DNA from: Adineta vaga
Lineage: Eukaryota; Animalia; Rotifera
Assembly (NCBI GenBank): GCA_021613535.1
Contig: CP075492.1
Coordinates: 16,988,001-17,052,000 of the forward strand
DNA: 64,000 bases
Direction of reading: 5' to 3'
Shown: positions 1 through 13,345 of the stretch, piece after piece
Position numbering within the stretch: position 1 is the stretch's first letter
Layout of the letters: every line of letters begins with the position of its first letter
The notes under the pieces: model-generated
Database searches by the model: none
Seen by the model: only the letters and a program-made list of their open reading frames with translations
What the model was told of the DNA's origin: nothing
Made by a program: the position numbers and the translations under genes

Positions 1-878
1 TGTAGCATTAAATTAAATTTTGTCTCTTTACAGGACATATTGTTTCTCGAAATTATTTGAAAGATGTCGATGTTTAATTCTATTTATCTTTCTGCAAGTA
101 ATGGACGAACAACTTGTTGTATAGAAATCGTTTCTCACAACCATTTGGTTTTGCATATCTCATAGAATTACAAATGAACATATTTTTCCTTCTCATTAAT
201 ATCAAAGCTTGTTAGGAAATGTATTTATCCGTTGGTAATATTAAAACTATTTAATAGTGTTTTAATATATTTGACGTTGATATCACACTTTTTGATGATG
301 ATGTATTCGTCTCTACATGTGATACAAGAAGAACTAGAGACTGTCGAAAAAGAAAATATCCAAAATAATACAATGAGTAATAACATTGATGAAAATAGAA
401 CTTTTGGGCTGCAGTTATATCATGTAGATTGTAGGCTTTCATTTTATCAAATTAAGTTTTTACTAATATGTCAACACTCGTTACTCAATCAGATAAATTT
501 ATTGTACTGAAGTATTTTTTTTAAAGCCATAATTGTTTTGTTGTAATTACTGAGAAAAATACGAAATATATGAAAATATTACGTAATATACATAGATGAG
601 TAATATTTGTTTGCAAATATCAGGTAAGTCACACCTTGTTTTATGATTTCTCTTACTTTTTTTTCTTCTTCTGATTACTTCCTGATTGAAATCGAGTTGG
701 AAATTTCTCAATCATGGCGCAAATAAATGATTCAAGTCATATATATATATATATATATACAAATCACGCAAAGTCAAGATATTTATTATTCGAATTGAAT
801 ATTTATTTCGTTTTTTTTGTATCTATGCAAACTTCGAAGGTAAACTAGAGTTTGATCTTCTATTTTTCAGAAAATAAA

Positions 879-1822
879 ATGATGGTTAATAATAATGATC
901 AATCTGGTGAAAACAAAAAAGTAAGTATTCGTTTTATGAGACCATTCGCTTTTCCAAAAGAACGGTTGGTATATTCTGTGGATTTACGTCATTGGATGCC
1001 ACCGATTGATGATCAAAAAGGCATGAATACTTGGTAGATATTCATTGATTTATTTCTTCTAGTTTTAATTTCTTTATTTAACTTTATAGTAGTGCTACTA
1101 CATTTGCAACTTTATGTAATTATTTATTTAAACGTTTGTTTGGTTATGATATTACTGTATCTCGTTTATTTATTTATTATAATAGTCAAATCATGTACTT
1201 TCGTACATTGGAAGTTGAAGATATAGGAGCTCATCGAATGAATGTTGCTTTAAGTTTAAGAAAATATGGCGTTTGTGAAGAAAAATATTGGCCTTATCAA
1301 AAATATCTATTAAATAAAATGCCATCGGATTTAGCATATGAACAAGCAAGTCATTATGCAGTTACTCCATTTTATATACCAATTAATGTAAATGCTATTG
1401 AAATGTGTTTAAATAATAAATTACCAGTTGTTATTGGAATTAGATTAACTAATGATGCAGCGAGAAATATGAAATATAATGGAGGTTATTTACAAGTTCC
1501 CGATATAAATAATTCCTTGGTTTATAAATCTTTCTTACATAGTTGTTTAATTGTTGGATATGATAAAAATTCACAATATTTTATTTGTAGAAATTCTTGG
1601 GGAAGAAATTGGGTAAAAGAAAAAATAATCCTTTTCTTTTTTTCTTTAATATTATTCATTTAATAAATTATATTGTAGGGGGATCAAGGTTATTTTTATA
1701 TGCCATATGAATATATAAGTCATTCTACTCTTGTTAATGATCGAAATGGTTTATGGTCGATTATGAAAATAATTCCACGAACAAATACATTACCTACTGT
1801 ACGTCGATTAGTAGTATCTTGA
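879..1822 (+). CDS. Papain-family (C1A) cysteine protease, bacterial/xylellain-like; exons 879-1033, 1090-1612, 1679-1822
   Basis: Spliced product has VDLR..IDDQKGMNT-C-SA (catalytic Cys codon TG|T split by an intron), SRLFIYYN, LHSCLIVGYD, CRNSWG, GYFYMPY. GT-AG introns keep the frame. Confidence 0.88.
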
Positions 1823-2419
1823 ATGAGTGCACAGCTCAAATAAGTACATTCACAATAATGTTATAATCAAATTTCATCGACTGTTTAGATCACAATAGTT
1901 AACCAGGATATTCAATTCTTATTTTAATAAATTCAATTTTTGAGGATGTCAGTGATATGACAAAATTAATGTGTTCCAAATTCATTTCATCCGAATTAGA
2001 GAAAATAACACAGAGAGCACCTAATTTGAGAGTAAGAATTAGTGTAGGATGAAAGTATGAGTGAAAGTTCACACCCACCCTCAACATATAAGGATCTATC
2101 GGTTCGCAACGTATAATAAACTTTTTCTTCTGTTTCTTGAAGTGCTTCACAAATCTATAAAGGATTTATATCTTCCTCAAGTACAATAAAAACGAAGTTC
2201 CGTATACGTTGAAAATTCATAAATCATGTTCTACGTTTAGGAGATCAGCATTCAGAAAATATGAACATATCGAATACCTTCGTCACAATTAATTCAAACG
2301 ACTACTTCTGGTAACCTTCAGTAATTGGTACATTATCGGATATAGAAATATGCCTAAACTAGTTTTATTAGTCGATAAAATCGAGATATTTTCACTTTCT
2401 TAATAACTTGCATGTGTTT

Positions 2420-2930
2420 GAGTATTGAGATTCACATCTATTTACTGAATTGCAATAGCCTACTCGATAGTTCGACTTTTCAATAACGCACAGAATCGCA
2501 GTTAAATATCTACAAAGTATGATATATCTCTACCTTTCACCAGATATAATTTTATCACAATAGAGTGTGTTTACATACAAATGGTCATAACCATGACGGA
2601 TAGATGCATCCCAATAGATTCTATAGAAATTATACTCTAAATACAGTTGTCAGAGAAATTTTGAACAAAGTTTTACAGACATAATAAATTAATAGGAAAT
2701 ATTCATAAAGTTGTCAGTATTCCACTAGTATATAATAAGTACATTTCTACATGAAAAGATTTTTCATTCCTAATAAGATAGACGATCATATTTAATCTTA
2801 TCATAAATATCATCAGATGGTTCAACGGAATTAGTGAACGATAATCACACGGTAAGGAGTTCGAATCTAACAAGCAGACAGATGAATATAAAATAGATAC
2901 TGGTATTAGAGAAGTTGATCGCTATGCATG
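2420..2930. repeat. Old dispersed repeat with an internal tRNA-like Pol III motif; second copy at ~21730-22230
   Basis: Blocks shared between copies: GATT(C/T)ACATCTA, ATGAAAAGATTTTTCAT, GATGGTTCAA..GAAT.AGTG, GTAAG.AGTTCGAATCTAAC, AAAATAGATA. Confidence 0.6.
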
Positions 2931-2979
2931 ATGAACGTGCAATATCTTGATTTTTAAATTGATGAAAAATAATGATAGC

Positions 2980-3310
2980 ATAGTAGATATACCAGTTTTT
3001 TAGCTTAAAATTGAAAAAGAATTAAAACTAGAGCTTTCGGCATTTCCAATGTCATCAACAGTAATAAAGTAAGTGAAGTGGTGTTGTTTTCAGTTGGTTT
3101 ATGTGTATTGAATATTGTTGAAAACGAAAATCGAATAATAAATTCAATATCTACATGTTATAGTACGTATATTTAACTGTGATTTGTTCGGCTAATAGAA
3201 TAGATTACTTTACTATTCTTGATATGACATTGGAAATTGTGAAAACTCTAGTTTTAATTATATTTCATCAATTTAATATCAAAAATCCGATTTTATTTAT
3301 TATTCTATTC
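2980..3310. mobile_element. Degenerate foldback/MITE-like element
   Basis: Inverted arms AATTAAAACTAGAG/CTCTAGTTTTAATT and TTTCCAATGTCAT/ATGACATTGGAAA. Confidence 0.55.
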
Positions 3311-3556
3311 TGATTCTTAGTTTAAATATAAATAATCAAAAAAAAAATCCGAAAATATATTAATATACAAGTATTTACTTTATAGTCGATGACAGTTTAC
3401 GCATTTGCTAAATCTCAATCCGACTTAAAATATATATTCTGACCTTTTTACTATTATATACAAAAATGAATCCGCAGTGTCAAAAGAATTCCTGATCACT
3501 AAAGCTATTATGGAATTTGAAACTGTATATAGAGAGTAGTTTAGGTCAATATTATA

Positions 3557-4181
3557 CATAGGGTAGTCAATAAGTTCTCGTAATAACCACTTAAAATTTT
3601 ATCCTGATTAGTTTTATCTTGCATGTTGTTCTTTTCTAATAATTAGCAACATATATTGTGTATTGAAATGCCAAGACGATGTTTCGAAAGCCTTCAATCA
3701 GGACAAGCCGTAATGAAATGTTTTCATACCTCGATTTTAGCATAGATAAATTGTAAATTAGTCCTATATAAAAACTCATTTATTATTAGCCTGAACTACT
3801 ACGGAAATTCATGACGCATTAGTTACTGTGCGCGGATCAGATGATCTTTGAATTGACTATTCAATAACCGGCATCATTCAACAAAATATACATTTTTAAA
3901 ATACAGAAAAGTGTGTGCATGATATTATTTCTGATCTTGATTATCCTTACAAAGAAAATTCAAACTTTTCATTTATTTGTCATATAAGTTAATAACCACG
4001 GAACTCAATTCCATACGTGTTCAAGAATACCAAACGGCAATCTTGAAGTGGATTCAAACGATGAAACTTTCTATAGAACATCGTGGAGACTACTTCAAAT
4101 ATTTACTATGAAAAAGACTAGCGAAATGTTTTTTCTATGAATATATATTTGAAATTCCGAGAATTTATTGACTGCCCTATG
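3557..4181. mobile_element. Non-autonomous Tc1/mariner-like element
   Basis: TIRs CATAGGGTAGTCAATAAGTTCTCG / CGAGAATTTATTGACTGCCCTATG, flanked by TA on both sides. Confidence 0.75.
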
Positions 4182-4573
4182 TAATTTAGTGTTTGTCGAA
4201 TCTTTTTTTTCATAATAATAAAATAGAAGTATTATTTTACATTAAGTTTAAGAAAACAAATATTAGTTCCGGCTTACCTATAAATACAAATGCCGTTGAA
4301 AAAGAATCTCTTTTATTTGAGAAAGAAAGAAAAGTAAATTCTTAGTTATTAAACATAGAGATCAAATATCAACATAGAAAAAGCTTCTACAATTGATGCA
4401 TCAGGTTTCGAATTATTGTCATTCAAATTCTGCTTTACATCAGTGTCAAAACACTATTTTAGTATATAAAAAGGTGTGAATGTGGGTGTGTGTACTGCAT
4501 CTATCTAACACCCACAGCCTAGAACGAGAGCATAGATTTTCTGTTTTTGAAATGTTTCTTTTTAATCTATAGA

Positions 4574-7546
4574 ATGTTGAATTGTCGTCATATGACTTTA
4601 GGATCCATAATATACTTTATGTTATTGACACAATCACAGCAGATTTTTGAAAATTACAACAGAAAATACCAAATTAATGCAATTCAAGGGATAAGAGAAG
4701 TAAGCTCAAAATTACTGATAAAAGCATCATCAACAGCCTTTATTCTACTATTTAAGATTATTCCACGACCTATCCTTATTTCTAGTCACGATAATACAAG
4801 AGGACTGATAAAACTCTTATCAATTAATGATACAACGACATCAAACGTAGAAACAACCGAATCACAAGGTACGTAAAAACTAAAATTCATCCTGTCTTAT
4901 TTTTCGTTATAGAACTCTTTTCCTTTTGAGCTCTTTTGACTCCTTTATTCCCTTTAGTTTTCTGTAAAAGAAATTTCTTGATTTCATAAAAAATCTTTTT
5001 TTAAGATTTTGAAACCGGAATCACATCCACAAGTACAACATCAACCACATTCAGAACTAGTAGCATCTTTACAACGACTACATTATTCCAACAGAGTATG
5101 TATCATTGTTTATAATTCATATATACAGGTTTACATATGAAATGTCTTTAACAATTGTACCACGATATAGGAAAATAGAGAGATGCGGAGTGATGAGTAG
5201 TCAGAGTTCTCCATTTCTAATAAGTATAATGGAATATATAACAGCAACATATGCAAAACTCCCAAGTGGATTAAGAGTATCTTTTATGTTTATTTCATTT
5301 TCAACCAATCAATGAAGTATATATGGTCAACTAACTGTGTAAATTAAGAGACAAAAATATTATTTTTTCGACACTCTTCTACATGAATGGGAATTTATCA
5401 CATAACTTGTAATAATAACACTTATTTAGATATATCTGTTCAATTGATCTATCCAATCATATCATCCACTTCTATACCATCAAATATGACGTCAACTGCC
5501 GTATATCTTGTCAGCTATCCAGAAATAGAAAACATGGTGAGATCATTCTTATTTGTAATTAACTATAGGTAACTAGCCTTCTTTTCTTATTTACACAGAT
5601 TAGAAATAGTCTATCAAACGAGTCCATTGAAACTAATGTCATAATAGATGGAGCTAATATTGTTCGAAGTGCCATACAATTGAAATGGTAAGTGATATTA
5701 CTATACATATCTTTATTGATATTTTCTGTTTGCAAGGCAAAAAAAGAGTGTATCAATAACACCAACATATTTTCTTCATGTTAATACAACTTTACAAATT
5801 CCACTTTCATGTCTTGGCGAATCCGCATGCATATAGACAAAATACAAACAGCCTTGGAACAGACACCATTACATGAACTTAATTTGCATACAGAAAGCGG
5901 CTTTGTGCGTATAACAGTTGAAAAACCAATAGTAAAAGGTAATATACGATAGTCAACACCAAAGTTATCGAATGATCTGGAGGTTTTGTATAAATTACAG
6001 AGTGTTAAGCATTTCTTCGATTCGGTCTGATTTTTCTAAACCGACACTAATACAGGTTACAAGAATTTTAGACCGATTTTGTCTCTAGTTGTTGCCAGGA
6101 AAGTAATATTCTCTGGGTTAAAGTGATTAAAAACAATACTAATGATGAATTCTTTAATTGAATAATAAATAGTAGGCTTGTTTAGTAACCTATACTCACT
6201 AAATTGTCGTAAACTTATCCGCAATAAAAGCGGTTGTAGAGTTTGGTTTTCGAAACGGAATATATGAAGATAGGTAGGCAAAGATTTCCTAAATCTACAG
6301 ATGTATACAGTGTATTAATTTGCAGCATCACCAAAATATCGTACAGTTTCTGCAGAATCTCGCTAGTACAGACAGTTATTGATCAGTATAATTTTCCATG
6401 ATAGGTTTAAAATCTTCTATTGACAAACCAAATCGTATTGGTTTAATCATCGGTATTGTTATGACAATATTGAGTGTTATAGTACTTGCAGGTGTAGCCA
6501 GTTATTTCGTGATACAAAAACGCTCAAAAACAAAGTTTGATAAACAATTTCAAGGTGATTTCAATTTACCAATCGCACGAAAACACTTAAGAAGAACTGA
6601 ACATACTTATGGTAAAAAGGTTTTATCGTATGAGCTTGATTCATATAACCCATTTCATTCATCATACGTCGATACGGTAAAAAAGGAAATGGGGTCTTTA
6701 AACACTAGATTTGAAATAAAAGCGATTGAAATCGTACAAAATCATGATAAATTTAAACATTTCCGACAACAAATTGAAATTGTTGAAAGTCGTATGGACC
6801 AAACGATATTTCAACCGAATCTTAGAGGAGAAACCAATCTTAAAGAACGACAAAAGGTTTTGAAACGATTAGAAAGTTTATACAAAGAGGTGAAAAGTAA
6901 TAGAAAAGCAAATATTGTACGTGTATGGCATGGGTGTGATGCAAGATTGTTGCCACAATTATTGGGTGAAGGTTTTGCATCTTTAGGACAACTTGATGAT
7001 GGTTGGTTTGGTAAAGGTATTTATTTTTCGTCAAGTGCTGAATATGCATCTCGCTATTGTTGGAACAACGAACATGCATGTCTAGTAATGTGTTACGTAT
7101 TAATTTTGAATCCATTTCCTGTAATTATTGATGATGCACCACTAGATGTTAGGCAAAGAGAATTTCGTTTTTATGGACGTGGAAATTATCGCACTCATCA
7201 ATGTCATTATATACCAGTTGCCCCAGCTTCTACTCAAGAAGTTCGTATAGATTTTCGTCCACCACCAAACGGTACAGATAATGCTAAGTATGATGAATTG
7301 GTTGTCTTTGATAGTGCAAATATCTTGCCACAAGTTGTAGTTCATATCAAGCCACTATCAGTATTACCATCAGAAGGAGAATATGTACCGCCTGAAGCAT
7401 CTACATCTGTAATGAATGTATCATCAATTAAGGTATTAAAACATCCAGATCAACATCATCATCTACACATTCAACGTCAGCTTGATAGCTTTTCAAAAGA
7501 TGACCGATTAGAAATGAATACGGTTAGAATATTATTGGACGAATAA
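4574..7546 (+). CDS. Single-pass membrane protein with a cytoplasmic PARP-like (H-Y-E) domain; main exon 6405-7546, upstream ectodomain exons tentative and possibly disrupted
   Basis: TM IGLIIGIVMTILSVIVLAGVASYFVI followed by a basic cluster; VWHGC, GWFGKGIYFSSSAEYASRY, YDELVVF. Upstream are a signal-like N-terminus, a Thr/Ser-rich exon and a phase-1 junction (KPIVKG|LKSS). Confidence 0.75.
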
Positions 7547-7692
7547 AATGACGATTATCGTGATTGGTATAGATAGTGTTTAAAAACAGCAATTTAAAAA
7601 ATGGCATGATCATCATCTCTTTTCATTTTTCTAATAATTTTTGTGTGACCGAATCGAGTACAGATATGGGTTTTTTCTCCATAAATGTAAGT

Positions 7693-7736
7693 TTGAGGGT
7701 GTGGGTAATACACATATCTAACACCCACACCCTCAA
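7693..7736. repeat. Type copy of the dispersed inverted telomere-like mini-hairpin family
   Basis: Perfect 14-bp inverted repeat TTGAGGGTGTGGGT...ACCCACACCCTCAA; many related copies occur in the window. Confidence 0.85.
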
Positions 7737-7779
7737 CAAAATTCGATCATACGACGATTTTTATGAATTTTTCGTGTTT

Positions 7780-8182
7780 GAGTTTGATCCTACACATAAT
7801 TCATCGGCTTCAAATAAAAATTCTGATACTCTCAATAATCAGTTAGATTCATTAACAGTCTCTAGTCATGTGAAATCTACGTTAGAACCGAATCAATCTT
7901 ATTTAAATAGCAATACGACGTTGCACATAACTGATCAAGAACCTTTGTTAAGTTCCACAAAAGTTCATCGTAATTGTATCGCAAATACTATCAATGATTG
8001 ATTGCACGTTAAGTAATCTACGTGAAGCAATTGTAAGTGATCTCTTAAAAATCCAGAAACATTTGAAGGAGGTAGAGATTATGTAAAGAAATGGATTGAA
8101 GATATTGAACATTTACTTCATATAGCATATATTTCCGAACTGACTCGTTTAGATTTAATGTCATATTCATTGAGAGGAGATG
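7780..8182 (+). mobile_element. Ty3/gypsy-like gag remnant
   Basis: LREAIVSDLL/KNPETFEGGRDYVKKWIEDIEHLLHIAYISELTRLDLMSYSLRGD, with a frameshift and abrupt truncation; resembles a retrotransposon capsid N-terminal motif. Confidence 0.6.
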
Positions 8183-8473
8183 GTGTGTGTGCACTAGTAG
8201 TATCTCACCCACAACAACACCCAGCCAGGTTTGGTCTCGGGCTCAGTACATTCGTAATTATGGTGAAATTGTTTTGTATTGTAATAGATTAGAAAAAACA
8301 AGAAGAAAAAAAAACGGGTAGATAAAGGACTTTATACGAGTATAGAAAAGAATAGCAAGATAATAGCTTGACTCATTTATATATAACTTTGTAGATAGTA
8401 GTGAGAATGTTGTTTTTCGTCCGATAACATCCAAAAAATACACTGTTTTATTCATTTTAATTAACATCGTATA

Positions 8474-11400
8474 ATGAGTGTACTAGCCAAAACCGAATTA
8501 TTGAATTTTCTTTTCGACGTGGAGAGCGTTAGTCAACGAGCTGTGACAAAGTATATCGATGAGACAATATCTATTGGTGGTCAGTCAGGTTCAAATGGCC
8601 ATTATGGTGCTAGTGGTGCACCTGGGAATTATGGAAGTAATGGAACGAATGGTGCTCATGGTGGTGATGGGGGTAATGGTACTAATGGATTTGATGGTCA
8701 GTCAGGACAACATGGTACAGATGCTCGACATGCATTCATACAACTAAGTGGAACAGTTGAAAATCTAAATGTGAAAATAAAAATAACTCAGACATTAAAT
8801 AGTTCGTGTGAGCATTATGCTGACTTTAATTGGAACCGCGTCCAACATGTTAGTGATGTTGATCATAATTTTCAATTAGCTCATTCGAAAGGGATCATTC
8901 TTGTACAAGCCGCAGGAGGTGATGGAGGGAACGGAGGCCATGGAGGAGACGGTGGAAATGGGGGTAGTGGAGGACGGGGTGGTTCTGGTTATTCTGGTAC
9001 AGCTGGGTATGATGGCAGTGGTGACGGTGCTTCTGGCGGAGATGGAAGTCGTGGCGGAGATGGAGGAAGAGGAGGTCGCGGAGGTAATGGCGGCAATGGT
9101 GCATCTGGTGGAAATGGAGGAAATGCAGGTGCAGGTGGTCATGTCCAAGTTCGAAGTTTAGATGCTAGATTATTGATGCTAATTGAATTGGATTGTCGAG
9201 CAGGAATAAATGGTAAAGGAGGTCAGCGTGGAAGAGGCGGCCACTACGGCAACGGCGGTGCTGGTGGGAGCGGTGGTAGTGGCGGAAGGGGTGGTAGAGG
9301 TGGCCCAAATGGCTCCAGCGGACGTTACGGTATGTCTGGTACTAATGGTTCTAATGGAAGCAATGGCCGCACAGGTAATCATGGTCACGATGGTTACGAT
9401 GGTTGTACTGCAAGCGATGGTTCAATTCAATATGCTGTGGTCGATGCAGATGATAACATAATTGAAACAGGTCCTGATAAGTACCATGCTAGTGTTTGTT
9501 CTTATACTATTACGGACGAAAATAACGATGGAATCTATGAGCCCAATTCAGACTTTTTTATTACAAATATTGAATGGACAAATAACGGTGCAATGACCTT
9601 GCCCAGTGGATCCATATTATCATTTCCATCTACACAATATATTTCTAATAATATAGAAGATGTTAGTGTATTACCAGGTGCTTATATCAATGAAATTTTA
9701 GCTGATCATCATCGATTTAAATGCCATCTGAATGCCGCACCCACTCTTTCAATCAATCAACCGTACATTCATCCTGTAAAAATAACATCAAATATTACTC
9801 TATTAAATCGTTTGTTTTGTGGCAGTGAAGTTTCAACTTCGTTAATTTGCCAATATCCAATTCAGATTACAAAAATTGAAATTCCAAATTTTCTAGGTCC
9901 CAATGAACGAGCCATCGTAACAGTAAGTTTTACGAATATTTCTATACGATCCTACGGTACATGTTTGGATTCAGCTGGTTCAGCAGAATTTATATTAACT
10001 ACTCATCCTTTATTGAAAATTGTACCTATGCATGAAGAACATACTTATCAAATAACGTCCAACGGTCGTGGTCACTATAGAATTAATGAGGAAATTCCAC
10101 CTCAATCAATAAAACATATTAATTTTGAAATTATGTTAGATGCTAATGCTTTTGATCAACTTTACGAAAGTTTATTCTGGAATCTTGATCTATTATTACG
10201 TGATATACAGATTGAACAGCATAGAAATAGCATTCGAGTTGTACCAACATTTAAACCGAATATTCATACCGATGTACTATTAGTTACAAATTCTCAAGTA
10301 AATCGAGCTGAGTTTCTTGCATATCGAAAATTATTTCAATTATTTAAATATTCAAGTCAAACGTGGGATGTCGAACGATATGGTGCATTCCATAGTCCAG
10401 AAACAAAATGGCTGAATACAACAGATTTGATTATTTTTATTTATTCAAATCCTCGATCAACTTTCAAAACCATCAAATCTCAATTACTGTTACAACATAT
10501 GAATTCTTCCGAAAATGCCGGTTTTATTTGTATTGGTCCCTGTCTAGCGGATGAATTTGATTTCGCTTTATTCGATTATAATAATCTACAATTTATTGAC
10601 GATAAACAAAAAACTAAATCTGAAGCTACAAATCATCTTTGGTCTACTATTGGATTCGGATGGCCTAGTGCTGATGAATTAAATGTGAAGGCCAACGAAA
10701 TTAGAAAAAATCATGAGAAAAAAGACGATCATCAATTTTTATATCAAACAGTCTATGATACAACAAATGAAGGTGATGCAAATTGTATGACCGTTGTTTA
10801 TGGTAATAAATATGTATTTAAATCCTCTTTGAATTGTCAAGTCGGTAATCGAGTAATTCTGGTTTCTAGTTATGATCCTTGGCTAGTCAATTCTCACTTA
10901 CCATTCACATTACAAGCTCAATCGAATACAACTCAACAGAGTAGAGTTGTTTCTGCTAGTGTGAATGATATGGACAATCAATCACAAGTTCAAAATATTA
11001 TTCAACATGAAATCAATTTAAGTTCACAATTTGGTAGATTACTATGTGCTATATTGTTTTATCAAGGATTTGAAAAATCTCATACAATAATTGCTGAAAA
11101 ACACGAATTATCAAGTTGCATATTCACAACAGGTACGCATAGATTTACTTTTAATCAAATTTTAGTTAGTATTGCTATGTCGATTATTGAACGTGAATAT
11201 GACCGTGGGACTCGAGAATTTCAATCATCGAAACGATTAATAAATCAAGCGGCTAATATGATCGCAAAAGAAAATAATATTATAAGTGATCACGGGGCAG
11301 GTACCAATGCTTGGTTCTATTTACTAATTCAATCATTATACGAATACATTGACAGTAAATTCTGGAGTTCTTTTCCTTGGTGTAGTTGCACAAATAAAGC

Positions 11401-11755
11401 AAAACAACGACATAAATTACAGGAAATTTTAAGTGATTTACATTCATTATCGCCGAATGAAGTTCCGAAAAACAAAGATATTTATCAAGCAGTACAGATT
11501 TTAAGATTACAGAAATTAGCAGATTTAAAATTTCCAGCAGCTGATAAAAGAGAACATTGTGCTCGACCATTATTAGAAATACTAGCATGGCAACAGGAAC
11601 AAAAGACCACGGAAACACAATCATCAATAGAACAACCACTACCACGACAACCAGTATTTTATTCAGATTTTTCACCGCGAGAGGGCAGACAAAATTTCTT
11701 TACGAGACGAAATATCATCAGTGTTATCGAGGATCTATTTTTAACAGTCGAATAG
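8474..11755 (+). CDS. Intronless 1093-aa protein with two Gly-rich (GGxGGxG) blocks and a large uncharacterised C-terminal region
   Basis: Long uninterrupted ORF; Gly-x-x repeats; acidic loop [10 protein letters not shown]. Confidence 0.85.
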   Translation: MSVLAKTELLNFLFDVESVSQRAVTKYIDETISIGGQSGSNGHYGASGAPGNYGSNGTNGAHGGDGGNGTNGFDGQSGQHGTDARHAFIQLSGTVENLNVKIKITQTLNSSCEHYADFNWNRVQHVSDVDHNFQLAHSKGIILVQAAGGDGGNGGHGGDGGNGGSGGRGGSGYSGTAGYDGSGDGASGGDGSRGGDGGRGGRGGNGGNGASGGNGGNAGAGGHVQVRSLDARLLMLIELDCRAGINGKGGQRGRGGHYGNGGAGGSGGSGGRGGRGGPNGSSGRYGMSGTNGSNGSNGRTGNHGHDGYDGCTASDGSIQYAVVDADDNIIETGPDKYHASVCSYTITDENNDGIYEPNSDFFITNIEWTNNGAMTLPSGSILSFPSTQYISNNIEDVSVLPGAYINEILADHHRFKCHLNAAPTLSINQPYIHPVKITSNITLLNRLFCGSEVSTSLICQYPIQITKIEIPNFLGPNERAIVTVSFTNISIRSYGTCLDSAGSAEFILTTHPLLKIVPMHEEHTYQITSNGRGHYRINEEIPPQSIKHINFEIMLDANAFDQLYESLFWNLDLLLRDIQIEQHRNSIRVVPTFKPNIHTDVLLVTNSQVNRAEFLAYRKLFQLFKYSSQTWDVERYGAFHSPETKWLNTTDLIIFIYSNPRSTFKTIKSQLLLQHMNSSENAGFICIGPCLADEFDFALFDYNNLQFIDDKQKTKSEATNHLWSTIGFGWPSADELNVKANEIRKNHEKKDDHQFLYQTVYDTTNEGDANCMTVVYGNKYVFKSSLNCQVGNRVILVSSYDPWLVNSHLPFTLQAQSNTTQQSRVVSASVNDMDNQSQVQNIIQHEINLSSQFGRLLCAILFYQGFEKSHTIIAEKHELSSCIFTTGTHRFTFNQILVSIAMSIIEREYDRGTREFQSSKRLINQAANMIAKENNIISDHGAGTNAWFYLLIQSLYEYIDSKFWSSFPWCSCTNKAKQRHKLQEILSDLHSLSPNEVPKNKDIYQAVQILRLQKLADLKFPAADKREHCARPLLEILAWQQEQKTTETQSSIEQPLPRQPVFYSDFSPREGRQNFFTRRNIISVIEDLFLTVE

Positions 11756-12159
11756 TCGGCTTGATTTGCAACAATGTTTTGATTGAATATTAATATTTTC
11801 TTTTCTTTTTACGAAATATTTATCGAGAGAATTTTTTTTGACATTTTTAAAACGATTTTCTGATTTTGATGTAGTTTGAAAGGTGAAGCAGGAAAATATT
11901 ATAAAAATATCACACTAGTGTTAATGAGTAAAATGAGAATAAGGAGAACAACCTCTTCAGTGTAAAACTAAAATCAATCAGAACAGCTAGACTCGATTAT
12001 ACCGTTTGTATGGCGTTTTAAGTTATATTTAGAATAATGTCGTTCAGAAATTTCTAAAAACAAATTCAATTCAGTTTTCGTCGCTAATGATTAGTTAGAG
12101 ATATACGTTTTTTGGAATATAAACACCTAATAAGTCATGATATGTGATGGTCAAAGATT

Positions 12160-12993
12160 TCAATCTGCTATCGGTGGTATTACCATTGCATCTATCGATG
12201 TTACATTGATAATCGAATATTTGATAGATAATTGATTAGGAATCAATGACACATGCGTTCGTATGGTAAAAGGGAATAATATTTCAGTACCACAACCGCG
12301 TTTTTTTCCGTTGAACATACTCAAACAGGAACTGCTAGTACAATTGATCAAATCCAATTCTAGATCTAAATTATATACATAGAAAAGTCATGTGGTCTTT
12401 TAAAGATACTTTACTCAGCTCTGTTGATACGAAGGAAAATCTCTATGGTCATTGTTACGGCTTTTAACTAAAGAAGCCATCGTCTCATCATACGATTCAA
12501 CTTGGGATGGTGTAGTTGCATTTTTTGAGAATACCAAGTAGCTCGCTTCGCAATGGCTTATAATTAAGTCGATGAACATGATTGAAAACTTCACTGACAT
12601 AGAAAATAGCGCAATCATTTACATAACGGCAAAAGAAATTGATTTTTGTTTTCATACTAAATAAATTAAAACCAAAGCTAAAGAATTGATCAATGTTATA
12701 GTAGGCGTCTCTGTTGTTTGCATTACCATTAGTTCCAAAACCATCAAATATAATAGTTGCTTCCTGCTTGACGTAATCGATTTCGATCGAAGCCATGAAG
12801 AAACGCAGGAGTATATAATGACACGTTGACACTTCGACGGCAATTCGAATTTTGGAATACTGAGTGGTATTGAGAACTTGCAGGTAAATACACATTGCAT
12901 AGTATCACTTTCAAATGTCGTTGATCTCGTTTTGTTACTTCGAGGTTCTTTCGCTTCATAAGACACAAGTAGCAATATCATAAACGTCCACAA
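12160..12993 (-). pseudogene. Disrupted gene for a Cys-containing, probably secreted or membrane protein
   Basis: Protein-like segments switch between frames with stops; hydrophobic N-terminus. Confidence 0.4.
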
Positions 12994-13345
12994 TAGTTAA
13001 GACGATTTATAACTAACCATTATAGTTCAATTAAACAAACTGTTGTGATAAACTTAAGGATTAGTTTGTACTTATGAATAGTTTCGCTCGAATGAAATGA
13101 AGTTATAAGTACTATTTACGAATAAAAGTACCATTATCAAAATGAAGACATATGATAACAACAAAGAACGTCACAGAAAAAGATACAACGAAAATACACA
13201 TAAGAAATAGTCCACAGATCCGCAAGAGTAAGATAAAAGATCGATGAATAATTCACTAGTCATCCGACATCCACTGTCTTTTTGAAACGAGATATAGAGT
13301 TACATCATAACAGAAGAAAAGCTATTTATTCATGTCTTATTAATA

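Noticed and set aside
1-442. Possible transposon-protein remnant (HDITAAQKFYFHQCY) on the minus strand
   Set aside because: A single short motif amid stops; it cannot be supported without a search.
2810-2870. Functional tRNA gene
   Set aside because: The boxes are present, but no convincing cloverleaf or acceptor stem is visible and the two copies are diverged.
8559-9461. Overlapping short ORFs on both strands
   Set aside because: They are shadows of the GC-rich Gly-repeat coding sequence.
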